A stretch of 64,000 nt of DNA, taken from contig NC_089435.1 in the NCBI RefSeq assembly GCF_026210795.1, positions 3,162,001 to 3,226,000 on the forward strand, read 5' to 3'. Made by a program: the position numbers and the translations under genes. This document shows, in pieces, positions 51,701 through 63,807 of the stretch; positions within the stretch are counted from its first letter, which is position 1, and each line of letters begins with the position of its first letter. The notes below the pieces were generated by a model. That model made no database searches. It saw only the letters and a program-made list of their open reading frames with translations, and was not told the origin of the DNA. The DNA comes from Rhizophagus irregularis (taxonomy: Eukaryota).

Positions 51701-52307
51701 CAGATATGTGCTTTCGGGTACGTTAAATTGTTTTTAATTTATTAAATAATATGTATTCTTTATTAATATTTGTTTTAAATTTCTATTTTATATAGCTGTT
51801 TCAAAGCATTTTAAGAAGATGTTTTGTGGTGGTTTAAGAGAGTCGACAATGAGAGATGTTGAAATTCCATTAGAGGAATTTGAACCAGATACATTCTGGA
51901 TATTACTTCAATGGTTGTACGGGCAATCTTTTGAGGATGCAGCAAAATCTGTTTTATGCAAGCGTGAAAATTTTACCTCGGAAGAAGAAAGTTATGAATC
52001 TTACTATTTAACATCTTTGTTAAATCTTCTAAAAATCTCGGATTATCATGGTGTTAAACTCAAAGATGAAGTAGAAAGCAAAATTATAAATGGATCATAT
52101 ATTAGTATCATCAATGTTTGTGAATGTTTAGTATGGTCAAAGGATTCCAAAGCAACTCGATTAAGAGATTACTGTAAAAAGTATATTAAATCAAATTGGG
52201 AGCTTGTTTTAGAACAAAAACTAGAATATCGCGCAAATGCTTCGGATATACAAGAAGAAGAGGATCAAACGAGGATGTTAGAGTTATTGTTGTCAGATGA
52301 TCATTAG
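42721..52307 (+). CDS. Sacsin-like protein (~2,900 aa): two HSP90/GHKL-like sacsin repeat regions + C-terminal BTB/POZ
   Basis: Twelve exons join in frame (42721-43093, 43182-43984, 44057-44107, 44200-45383, 45463-47264, 47351-47418, 47488-47526, 47605-48525, 48620-48691, 48760-50173, 50248-51717, 51796-52307). REILQNSDD/GVGFNSIYH and REFLQNADDA/GKFGIGFN; DVVFVV..ASRYVLSAVSKHFKKMFCGGLRES. Confidence 0.92.
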
Positions 52308-52631
52308 CTATGTAGAAATTTATTCAGTTTATTTTATCATATTTTTAGTATTTGGTTGTAATCTTAGTTTAAATTGGTATTTATTTTTTTATAATTTTAT
52401 TATTAATAAACAAGGATCATGAAATAAATTATCCTAGTTGTCATAATTTTCTCTATTTAAAAAGTAAAAACGAAGATTATTCAAAATTGAAGGATTTTTG
52501 TTACAATTGCTTTTATTTTTGCATTTTTGATGCGTCATCATTAAATTTATAAAGCTTAAGAATTCTACGATCCAAAGCTTCATTTTAAAAACCAATAGTT
52601 GTCGTACGTAGAGAGGACACTATATTTGAGG

Positions 52632-54296
52632 TTATTTTCCCCCATGTAATTGAAGATCTGTTGAACTACCGTTCTGGCCTTTTCGTTCTTTCGATAAAAC
52701 TTGGGAAGGGTATTTCCCCGGCCCAATCTCTTGTAAAATGTGTTTCCTCTTTACTTCTATCGTCATCGTCAAGACCAATAAATTGCAAGATAAAGCATGT
52801 GAAATCGGAAACACTTAGGCAACCTCGAATGGCGTATAAGACCACTCAGGAACATACAAATAGGTAAGACGAAAACCAGTGGTGTAGGATCAACCACTTG
52901 TGTGGTGTATGACGAAAAAATGACCCGTGTATAAAATACACCACACTTATCTTTGTTAATATTATATATATATATTAGCGTTTAAAGTATGTGGTGTATA
53001 ATATTTTATACACAACTGCTTTTTTAAGCTTTTTTTTTAAAAAACCTTCGCTCCTTCAGTTATTTATTTAAAAAAAACAATTTCATGGCGTTTATAACAT
53101 TTCAAAATGTTGCTAATATCATTTATTTTGATAAGTAAATAAAAATAATAGTATTATGTTTGAACGAAACTAATTAAACTAACTAAAATTTTTGTCAGTA
53201 AAAATATATAATAATATTTATAACTAATGGAGTCGCGAAATATTTATTTTTATTACTCCATGATACGAATATCAGCTTCCCGTTCTCTTAAAGCAATTTT
53301 GCGTTCTTTAAGAGCAAGAACTCGCTCTTGATATTCGAGTTCATTAAGTTTGGAGAATGATTTATTTTCCTTATCTATTTTATCATCATTATCATCATGA
53401 TCTTCAGTATAAGAATTAATCACAATAGCTTTCTTGGACCGTTTCTTACTACTACTCGACTGTGCATTTTGTTTACGCTTGATAGGAACTGATTTTAAAG
53501 ATTTTTTGACTTGCACATTTGCTAAAGATGTAAATAATTTTATGTAAATAAGTTGGTTATTTAAATTAAAAGTAATAGATTATTGCAACTCCATTTTCAC
53601 TTGTTGGACCTCCATAGTTAAATCTTCTTCATATATAATATCCACTTCATTAATATCTATAGATGACATTTTTAAGTTATAATAAAAGTTTATATAAAAG
53701 AGTATGAAAGAGCTTGATTTTATTACAATACTATTGAGATGTTTAAAGGTTTTAACGTGAAATGCGTAACGCGTAAAGAAAAAAAGAAAAAATTTTTTTT
53801 ATTATTTTGTGATGTCATGATTATCACATTATTATTTCATACAAAGTTACTAGCAAATAGCAATACACATCGGTCCTTACTCCTTACAAATCATACACAT
53901 GAAATTTTATGTAATACACCACACGTGAGGTTGACCCTACACCACTGGTTTCCGTATTACTCATACAAATATAGCAACATGAACATCCTCTTCATTTACT
54001 ATCTCTTTCACTACAAATTTTGGACTCTCAAAGTTTGGCTGGTCGAAGCGGTAACTATTAACTTGATCGAAAAGGTTTCTCCAAAGGAGTACTTTGATGG
54101 TGGTCCCCCATTAACTTTCGTAGTGGTCTTTGACGTAGCGCAACTAGGATAACGCTTCTAGAATTGAAAAAGAAAACCGAGTTGAGTTTATATTCTCAAA
54201 GAAAATTCCATGCTCTCTGGGGTATTTAACTTACGTGGTGACTTTACGATAACATGGATATGTTCTTCGGGAGGTAAGCCAGTAAAAATGAACATA
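52632..54296 (-). pseudogene. Crinkler (CRN)-like effector pseudogene split by a Mutator-like element
   Basis: LPPEEHIHVIVKSP (CRN N-domain end motif) then an intron, WRNLFDQVNSYRFDQPNFESPKF, and beyond the insertion SDFTC...IEVKRKHIL (PD-(D/E)XK-like); frameshifted and 5'-truncated. Confidence 0.75.
52863..53961. mobile_element. Non-autonomous Mutator-like element (~1.1 kb), ~60-bp imperfect TIRs, 9-10-bp TSD
   Basis: CATACAAATA at 52853-52862 and 53962-53971; GTAAGACGAAAACCAGTGGTGTAGGATCAACC matches the reverse complement of the right end; internal ORF remnant 53253-53669 (-). Confidence 0.88.
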
Positions 54297-54559
54297 ATGG
54301 GGTTTTTTTGGTTTTATAATTATAAATATTGCTAATTTTTTATTTTTTTTTATAAGTTTTACGTGATGTTACAAATGATTTATTTATCAATAATGGTAGT
54401 AAAAAATTTTTCAGGAATGAAAAGAAATCTAGTGGGTCACGTTCTTGCTGTTGCAAGTAAAGTAAAAAAAAAATAATAGTGTTACCACCAGTTTCTGACG
54501 TTCGGTAGGTAGTAACAGAAAGAAAAATAAGGATCGGTTTATTAGTGGTAAGGTAATAT

Positions 54560-54780
54560 AACAATATATAACAATCGATAAGGTAAAATCGATAATGAAC
54601 GATTATAAGCGATAATAAATGATGCGATAAATTAAGGTAGATCAAGTGGTGTGTGTATAAAAGCAATTAATTATACGATGTATACGAAAATCAACGATGG
54701 TTTATTATCGTTTATTATCGTTTATTATCGTTTACTATCATTATCATTTATTACCATTTGTTGATTTTTGCTATACATAA
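54560..54780. repeat. Fold-back segment with a TTTATTATCG 10-mer microsatellite
   Basis: TTTATTATCG tandem copies near 54701-54750, flanked by inverted TGTATACGAAAATCAAC / GTTGATTTTTGCTATACA; reverse-complement CGATAAT units lie upstream. Confidence 0.6.
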
Positions 54781-55499
54781 TAAACAGTGTAAAAAAAAAA
54801 TATATAAAATGTACAATACGGAAACAGATCGGCGGTTTATTAACAATGAAACAAAATACGATATTACTGCTCTATCGGCGCTCTGTAATATCCGTATATT
54901 ATCGGCTGATAATAAACCTAACTAAACTTTTTCTAAACGAATTCAAACTGAACTTTTACTACTATCAACGACGGTCCCTTTTTATAATGTTAGATTTTTG
55001 ATACGACACTGTCTTTTCGAACAGAATCGCCATCTGAACAGAATTGCCTCCCGCCCAATTGTGGCGATCTGGTGGCGATCACTAAAAAAAAATAACTAAA
55101 AATAACTATACTAAAAATAAACAAATAATAAAAAAAATAAAAAAATCATCCCGTGACAATAGTTAGCCGAAAACGATGAGGCCAATATGGCACAGTAACA
55201 CGTGATTTAGTATTTGGAAACAAGTTCATAGTCATTTCACGTGACTCTTAACGAAAATTTCCAAAATGTTCTAGTTATTGATTAGTGAGCATTTTTCTGT
55301 ACAAACTTAGTTCCTAATCTCTCCAGTTCTAGATGGAATCCCGAAGGATTCGCTTCATGAATCTAGTTTTACTGCTCTAGCCACAGGACATATCTAAATA
55401 GTCACTTCCAATTTCATGGACTGATTTTCTGCTGTAAGATTTTCTTCACTTTGTTCACACCCAGGTGCATTTAGATCTAATATGATCACTTTGTGAAAT

Positions 55500-56110
55500 T
55501 GTCCAACACGATAATAATATGACATCCACTTCTCTATTGTTATTAATGACTATTAACGTTACTTCGAAACAGGAAGATAATATTGTTTTACTGAGCTTTT
55601 CTTGAGAATCGGAATCCCAACATCTTCTATAAGTTATTGTATACAGGAGGAGCGAAATGACAAAAATCGAATTGGGCTTGAACCTAAATATGTAATGAGC
55701 AAATTAATGTCGTAGAGATGGTAATTATAATTTATTGAAATTATACCTCTGAAAGAAAAGCTTCCGTAATTTTCATTTCACCTTTCAATTTCTTTAGAGC
55801 AACTTTACATGTATGGACCAGTTCTATAATGCATAAATTTATCTTCCGTTTTAATTCTCCAGCTCCATATTGCAGAAAATATCGTACCAAACCCACCTTC
55901 GCCAATCTGCCAATCTGTCCCATTTGGGACAAAGAGCTGTATGAAACCCATTCGGGATATCGTCCATATGGATAAAAGCTGCGTTGTTTGTATAAATCCA
56001 TCAATTAATTCATTACCACTTCCCCAACTCAAAAACTTGTCTTTCAAAATTTCATGAAGGCAGTTATTACAAATGCGTGGCAATTCTAAAATACATTTCT
56101 CTGCTGTAAA
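55500..56110 (-). pseudogene. Protein kinase pseudogene (same TKL family as 30140-31974), frameshifted and internally deleted
   Basis: CNNC..SWGSGNELIDGFIQTTQL, QIGEGGFGTIFSAIW and KVALKKL fall in different frames; no HRD/DFG region seen before CWDSD. Confidence 0.8.
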
Positions 56111-56639
56111 TTCACACTTTTAAAATTAAAACAAAGAAAAACTTAAAGATCGAGAACGTGGTTCATAATTACTCATTTTAGTAGATACAAACCAACAAAA
56201 ATAATTTCGACTTCTTGAACAGTTGAACTAATGAAATAACTAGTTTATAAAAATTATTCTATTTATTAAATAAAGTCATTTTTTTTACCAACAACTTTCA
56301 CCTAGAAAGCCTTCTAGAAGTGAAGATTATATTTTAGGCTATATTTAGATTATTCTGTATAAATTAATGTATAATTACGTTCTTGACTCAGTCAAAATGA
56401 TTATGCATGACAAAAATGTTCTTTTCTTGACCTGCAAAAAAAAACATTAACGCGTTGTTATTTTAACTTATTTCCATATTTTTTTTTTCATTAATATGTT
56501 AACAAAATAATTTTTTATTTAAAAACTTTATATTCAACGTAATCCTGCTTTTTTTTATTTTAATATGTTAGATTTATGTGGGTTGGTTGTGTTTAATATT
56601 TATTACATAATTACTTGATTTACTTTTTTTAAATGTTAA

Positions 56640-57308
56640 TTGACGATCCGCGAGTCAACTAGAGAAATTACATATAAAATTTGACGCAAATCATATACTA
56701 ATTTGTCATAATACGCCGACTTTAATGATTTCTGATGTAACAAAAACTATAAGCATAGTTTACTAAAAATAACACAAACAATAAAGTAAATGTCACACTT
56801 TTATTTTTCAAAGCTACAAAGTGTAAAACTTTTTTTTGACGAAGTTTACCTTGGAAGCACGCGGCATTTACTATGTTATTAGGTAAACTAAGGTTTTAAA
56901 AGTACAAATTATGGAAATTTTTTTATATTTCACTAAACTTTCATGCATATTGCTTTATTTTTGATTTATTTTATTAGTAAACTATGCTGTAATAACTTCT
57001 AACTCGACAAATTCAAGACTTTTTCACACTCATTATACAAGTGATATGGTATGATAAAACTAGTTTTTGTCTTTCGAATCTCAGATCTCTTAGAAATTGG
57101 ACTTTTTTCCAATGTTACATTATGATTTTTTTTGCATGAGATTGGTGGGAAAACTGTGGAAAACTATTTCATTAAAGAAAAATGGCGTTATTTAAACATT
57201 TGGCTAGAGAAATTCATGAACAACCCCACATTCGGAATGCGGCTTTTAATTAATAAATTTCCGTCAAATTTTATTATCGTTTTCGCTACTTGACTCGCGG
57301 ATCACCAA
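56640..57308. mobile_element. Non-autonomous TIR element (~670 bp) flanked by TTAA
   Basis: TTAA-TTGACGATCCGCGAGTCAACTAGAGAAA versus reverse complement TTAA-TTGGTGATCCGCGAGTCAAGTAGCGAAA. Confidence 0.8.
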
Positions 57309-57373
57309 TTAATCTATCATATTACCATCCTTCGTAAATAAAATAAAATAAAATAAATTATTTTAATATTTTA

Positions 57374-57400
57374 CTAGGGGTAACCCGTCGCCGGGGATGA
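57374..57400 (-). mobile_element. Possible Helitron 3' terminus
   Basis: Minus strand reads CCCG-GCGA-CGGG hairpin, TTACCC, then CTAG|T, as a GC island in AT-rich DNA. Confidence 0.4.
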
Positions 57401-58009
57401 TACTTGCCCATCAAGTAAGAGAGTAATAATAACACACTTATATTTTATTTGCCATGCAGTGTGAATAAGTCTTAATTTTTTACTATTTATTATGATGGCA
57501 TTAGTAGGAAATAAATATAATAAATTACACAATTTATATGATTATACAAATAACAATGAATTGTGTGCAAGTGTTATACAGTAAATGAAATATTATTATT
57601 AAATGTAAATTTTATTTATCATACAAAACAAATGTTGCAGTACTGTGAAATTTACAAATTCATTACAAAAACAATTTTATATAAGTAGTTTATTGTTACA
57701 TTGTTACAAAAAAAAATCTTTTTTTTTTTTATCTTAAAAAATATTGTAGCATTAAAAAAAAAATTAAAAATTACATCCTCTGTTGAAAAAAATATATATA
57801 TATTGTTACCATATCTCAAAGAAATTCATTATAGCAATCTATTGTCATGAAAAAAAAAATATTCCCCAGAAATTAATTATAACGATCTATTGTTACAAAA
57901 AATAAATAAATAAGTAATTATGTTAGTATATTATTGAGCTTGATACAAAAAAATATTATTAATAATAAAGAATCGGGAAAAAGGGCAATTGTCGTGGCTG
58001 ATCTGATCA

Positions 58010-58545
58010 CCAAGAAATTCGGTTTGAAAGGAAAAAAGTCAAACCGAAAAAGGAAAAGGGGATAAAAAATTTTCGGATTGGAAAAAAAAGCCAACCGGAA
58101 AATAACCGAAAAAATAAAAACGAAAAAAAAATTTTGCGGGGAGAGACAAAGAGGAAAAAATAAAAAATAAAAAAAATTTGAAAGAAAAGAAAAAAAAATT
58201 GGGGAAAAAGAAAAAGGATAAAGAAAGAAATCGGTTTACCGAAAAAAATTCTGAAAATATTATGATCTAAGAAAAAAAGACCGAAAAAAAATAATATATG
58301 TCTTAAAAGATTATTTAATAAAAAAAGAAAATAATAATTATTTTTTGGTTTTGGAAAAAAAAACCAAAATCTAAACGGTGAAAGAATGAAAAAAAACAAA
58401 AAAAAAAAGAGGAAAAAAAACGAAAAATTTTTAAAAGAAAAAAAAAAGGAAAAGAGAAAGGTGTTTCGAAAGAGAAAAGAGGAAATTTGAAAAAAAGAAA
58501 GAACTATTTGTAAGAGATAGGTTCAAGAAAAAAAATAAAAATAAA
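58010..58545. repeat. A-rich low-complexity tract
   Basis: Runs of A broken by G/CG; the ORF on the minus strand is compositional. Confidence 0.7.
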
Positions 58546-58814
58546 AATTATTATTTTTATTGTTGGTTAAAATCCGGTATTATATTACCACAATTAGGTT
58601 TGTCATTATAACGATTTGAAGATTTTTTTTCTTATATTAATTATTCGGTAAATGAATTTGCATTTACGGAATATGTCACAGGATAAATGTTTTATGGGGA
58701 GGAACGATAAGGGACCTTTTTTCTTTTTTGAGAAAAAAAAAATTCTTTTTATCTTAATTTTCTTTAATGGCTAAATTAAATTAATTTTTTAACGCCCTCA
58801 TTTTCTATAGATAG

Positions 58815-59545
58815 GATTTGCATATTATAATATTCATAATGACATATTCTTTCTAATGAATCTCTTTAATAAATGAAAAAAAATTTACGCCACGGTAAAT
58901 ATTATAAGCTGTAGCAGCTAATCCATGAGAAGATCATTTGTACCTTACAATACAGATTGTTCGTTCGAGAGCGTTTCATAGTAATCAATTAAAATGGTTG
59001 TATTGCGAAAATTTTAAAAAAATTGTGACTAAAACACCCACATATGTTAAGTTGCGTGATAAAGGCTAAGAAAAACAGTCCAAAGGTTTTATCACGTCCG
59101 TAGTCTTTCTTGTGATCATCAAAAGAGAGGGTGCACAATTTGACCAAAAACAACTGCACTATATGTTGGACTTGAGCAAAATTGCGTGATAAAAGTTAAA
59201 ACAATCCAAAGATTTTATCACATTTGTAGTTCTTTTTTGTGATCATCGAAAGAGAGAGCGCACTTTCATCACTTCTATAAGATAACCTTTGCATATCATA
59301 ATATTCATGGTGACATATTGGCATGTTACGTTCTTGCCAATGAATTTCTTTTAATAAATGGGAAAATTTTTGTGATAATAAAATATATAAATTGGCATTT
59401 CAGTTTGACAATAAGAGATAAAAGAATATAACTCAAAGACCATATTCTATGTTAGACTTAAGTGATAAAGCTTAGAAAAGAATTTCAAAATTTCTAATCA
59501 AATCCCCATCCATATTCCTCCTTGTGAACATCTGAAAAGAGATGA
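58815..59545. repeat. Diverged local duplications
   Basis: 59042-59136 resembles 59161-59263 (TTGCGTGATAAA..CCAAAG.TTTTATCAC..GTGATCATC.AAAGAGAG); ~58817-58885 resembles ~59288-59370. Confidence 0.7.
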
Positions 59546-60548
59546 CTTGGATGATGAAAAACCTTTATCTTGTACTCTTAATGAAGAAATAAAAAGGAAT
59601 TATAAACATTGTAACATAAATCTTAAGTTTTTCTTTTTTTTTTAGAATAAACAATCCAGTAGTAATAATATTTCCTTACATCTAAATATTCCAAATACAG
59701 TAAATTCTTTTTTTTTTTAGTTTCATACTTGAGTTCTCTATCAATCACAGCAACAATGAAAGTGTACATCACAATTAAACAGAGAGAAGATAGACCTAAA
59801 AAAAAGAAAATGAAAAAAAAGAAGATAAAATAACTATTATATAATATATCACATGACCCTCAGAATCATCATCCAACACTTCATTATAACTAAATGTTGT
59901 TTTTACAAATTTCTTGTGGGACATCTATAAATTAAAAAGGATGATTAGCTTTCGCTAAGTACTCTACTTAAGAATTTCATCCCACCATCTGGTAGTGACG
60001 TGAGGCAGTATCCTTCTAAAGTATCAAGTAACATAACGAAGCAGTTCGGATCTTCTTCCTATATATTAGTGTCGATATTTTCACCGTCCGTTCCTGAAAA
60101 CTGCACAATAAAAGGTATAGCTACAAGTATCTGTTTGAAAGAACTTACAAAAACACAGCTTTAGGTTATTGTGTCCTTTCACTGACATCTCTCCTGGACA
60201 CACAAGAGATTTGTTATCATCCAGAAATTCTGAAAACAGAGAAGGACGTTCACAGTAAAACTGTGGCCACGAAGCGCTTCCAGTTCTCTGAATCCAAAAT
60301 CCTCAATGAGAACAAATCAATTGCATGAGTCAAAGTTGAGGAAGGCACATAACTATTCCTCATTGCGGAATAGTAGACCTCAACACTGAGAAGATCTCAT
60401 TCGTATCTCAGCCAGGTCCGTCAGTTAACAGAGTTATCATAGATAAACCTGCCAGCTCACAAGGTTGCCGTAACTTCCTTGATCATTGCATCCACTTGTT
60501 CACCTTCACCAGATAGCTTTACAAAAACAGTTCAAAATACCTTTGGCC

Positions 60549-61410
60549 AAAAGAAGACCTAATAAAGAGAAGACCTAGACAGAGAGAAGATAGACCTAAA
60601 AAAAAGATAAAAAGATGACAAAAAAAAGATGACGAAACAAAAGATAACAAAAAAAAGATGATGAAACGAAAGAAAAAAGATGATAAAGTGAAAAAAAGAC
60701 GATAAAATGAAAAAAAGGACGACGAAATGAAAGAAAAAAGATGAAGAAGCGAAAAAAAGACAACAAAACAAAAAAAAAAAGGACAAAAAAACAAAAAAAA
60801 GGATGATGACAAAATGAAAAAAAGGACAAAAAAACGAAAAAAAGGACAAAAAAATGAAAAAAAGGACAAAAAAATGAAAAAAAGGACAAAAAAACGAAAA
60901 AAAAAGGACTAAAAAATGAAAAAAAAGGACAAAAAAATGAAAAAAAAGGACGAAAAATGAAAAAAAAGGACGAAAAACGAAAAAAATGACGAAAAAACGA
61001 AAAAAGGACGAAAAAATGAAAAAAAGGACGAAAAAATGAAAAAAAGGACGAAAAAATGAAAAAAGGACGAAAAAATGAAAAAAAGGACGAAAAAACAAAA
61101 AAGGGATGATAAAACAAAAAAAAAGGACAAAAAAACAAAAAAAAGGATGACAAAACGAAAAAAAGGGGTCTAAAAGAAGACCTAATAAGAGAAAACTTAG
61201 ACAGAGAGAAGATAGTCCTAAAAAAAAAGACACACAAAACCACTACAAAACCCAACCCATTCTCTAAAGGAAGACGTAAAGAAAAGGGCCTAAGAGATAG
61301 AAGATATAATAAAGAAAAGCCTAGGCGGAGAGAAGATATACCTCGAAAAAAAAAGATGACGAAAGTATATATTGTGTATATAGCTGATGAAAAAAAGGAT
61401 GAAAAAAAGG
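60549..61410. repeat. A-rich minisatellite (AAAAAGGACGAAAAAATG-like) bracketed by ~58-bp direct repeats
   Basis: AAAAGAAGACCTAATAA..GAGAA.AC.TAGACAGAGAGAAGATAG.CCTAAAAAAAA at ~60549 and ~61172; partial third copy at ~59779. Confidence 0.85.
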
Positions 61411-61686
61411 GGTATTGAGGGTATATAAATACTTTTTCGAATACATAGTGACTAATAATAAGATAATTAGGGAGTATAGTATATTGCATAATACAATTGT
61501 TTGACAATACAATTGTTTTGACAATACAGTTGTTTCTGGTTTTGAAAAAAAAACTGGAAATAAAAAAAAATAATAAAAAAATGCCTTGGCAAACACGATA
61601 TACTGCGGCTGATCGCATCATCCAATATTTTTTTTCTATTTTGGTCCTCTTTTTCAAACCCGAAAAAATAAAATTTTTTTAATAAG

Positions 61687-62970
61687 TTTTTTTTTCATTT
61701 ATTTATATTAGATAAGCTATAGCTGCATATAAACATATAAGAGAAATATTCAAAGAATTTTTTTTTTCTTATTACGATGACAAACGCATATTTATTAATT
61801 ATAATACCCTTGTAAATGGTATATTGCGCACAAATACAAATACAAGCTATAAAATAATCTCAATATACCCATTGAAATTGAGCAGGCTAAACCCACTCGC
61901 TCTCTCCATGCATGTCAAAGCCACTCCGTCCCCGATTAACACCTTTAACCACTACGCCAACCTATCTAGAGCTATCTACATATATGAGTATATCTCGCTA
62001 TTCTATACTACACTATCTCTAAACTACTTTTTATTTTTACCTTTTTTCTTTTTTTGGCCCATCCTACTTCCAGGTTTTCCGGCCCAAGGTGTTTTTTCTT
62101 TTTTAACTTCTCTTAAACCGTCTTCTGATTCCTCAAATTCAACATCGCTGCGTTGTTCCCTGTTTTTCTTTATACGCTTTTTATATATTCTTGATCATCC
62201 GATGATGATGACGACGTAGGCTGCGAAGATCCATCATCCGGCGATACAACAAATGGATTACGATTTGTTAAAGTGAACGGATATTCACTTTTCTTTTGTA
62301 GCCTTTCAGTACAATTAGCGTTGACGTTGGTGTATTCATGCAATTCCCAGGCGTAACTGTCTTTACGCTGTTCCCAGTGCTCACTAATTTATTTTTGGCA
62401 TCTTTGACTTCTTTTTCTGCTAACTTACTTTTAGCTTTATTTTTCACGTCATTGACTCAATTTCTCGGCAGCATCATTTGTCGTTGATGAATCAATCATT
62501 ATTGTATCACTAAGTGAAATCTTTTCATGTTCTACCATTATTTCTTTTCTATATTCCTCTATTATTCTCACCACGTTGCCTGGAGAAGTGTAGTCTTTTA
62601 ATGGAATCAACACCGTTTTGACTTGCACTTCATTCAGCAAGTTTTTTCTAAATTTATTTACAGTATCAACCACCTCTTCCGTAGTTGGTTCTTTAAAAGT
62701 TGCCAGCGTTACTATTGCTGAGTTTTGAATTTTTTGAATTACTGATTTCCCTCTGTTGTCACCCTTCGGAACCGTACTGATGAGAGCGCTGGCAAGTCCC
62801 TCCCTTGGAGAGCCCGCCGTAGAACTGTCTTGACGCTTCCCATGAATGACCCAGGCTTGATCTGTATCTCCATCCAGAGCAATTGCATCGTCCAGCTGAG
62901 CTTTGTCTTTAAAGTATGCCAAGAAGACCGTCTTATTTTCAAAAAGAATATTCAAAGAATTTATCATAAG
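61687..62970 (-). mobile_element. Probable internally deleted LINE remnant (ORF1-like piece joined to a 3' end and poly(A))
   Basis: GC-richer ORF 62449-62967 (VFLAYFKDKAQLDDAI), decayed Lys-rich coding downstream, T-run at 61687. Family assignment is from pattern recall only. Confidence 0.4.
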
Positions 62971-63807
62971 ATGTTCTACGAGACATTAAGCAAGGATTAA
63001 AATAAAATATAAGAACAGAAGTAATGTCATCATTGGTCAGAAATAATAAATAATATATTTATTTTATTAACATTGTTTATTCTCAACATCTTACTTCTGT
63101 ATAGGATCAAATGATCAATCAATTGTTTATCATGTGATAAATAATGCCTATACGTGATATTTATTATATTACAATTCCTCATTTTTTTAATTGAATTATC
63201 ATTTTATTGCTAAACGTATCTTAATATTAGGAATTATTTAAAAACTTCAAAGTATTGGTATCAATGTATGAGTGTAATATACGTAGTCTAGGCACTAAAA
63301 AACTCAGCAAGAATGGTATCCACTACGAAGGTGGTAGTCAGCCATTGAAAAAAACATCTCTTTCAACAAATTTTTTTAAGGAATAAAAGTTTTTTCATAC
63401 GCCATTTAAATCTCTTAAAGACAACTCTCTTGAAGTTTTACATCATATCGTAAATCGTTGTATGGTAAAAAGAATATTACCTACTTTAAAGTAATAAATG
63501 ATTATGATATACTTAATAAAATCGGTGGCGTTGTTAAAAGTTAAAAAAAGATATATATAAAGGTAAATACGTCATGATTAGGTAATTAAAAGCTACAATA
63601 TAACCATACGTATTGATAATTGATTTAATTGATTGCAGATATTGAGATCATACTTTTTCTATGATCATTGTACAACAAAAAAAAAATAATATTTATACAG
63701 TTCTTTTCTTTTTTTTAATACATATCTCTCCTCCATCTCTTTCATTCCTCCTTCAAACACAACTAAATACTTTTTTTATAAATACTTTCTTTCAAATAAA
63801 TATCTAA

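Noticed and set aside
42721..52307. Eight separate genes or an operon, as the ORF track suggests
   Set aside because: All pieces join through canonical GT-AG introns into one frame.
58007..58399. 130-aa Phe-rich ORF
   Set aside because: Low-complexity A-tract artefact.
60519..61657. Long Phe-rich ORFs (up to 353 aa) on the minus strand
   Set aside because: Translations of the A-rich minisatellite; several frames are open simply because stops are absent.
61930..61975. tRNA-like GGCGTAGTGGTTAA on the minus strand
   Set aside because: No B-box (GTTCRA) or cloverleaf follows.
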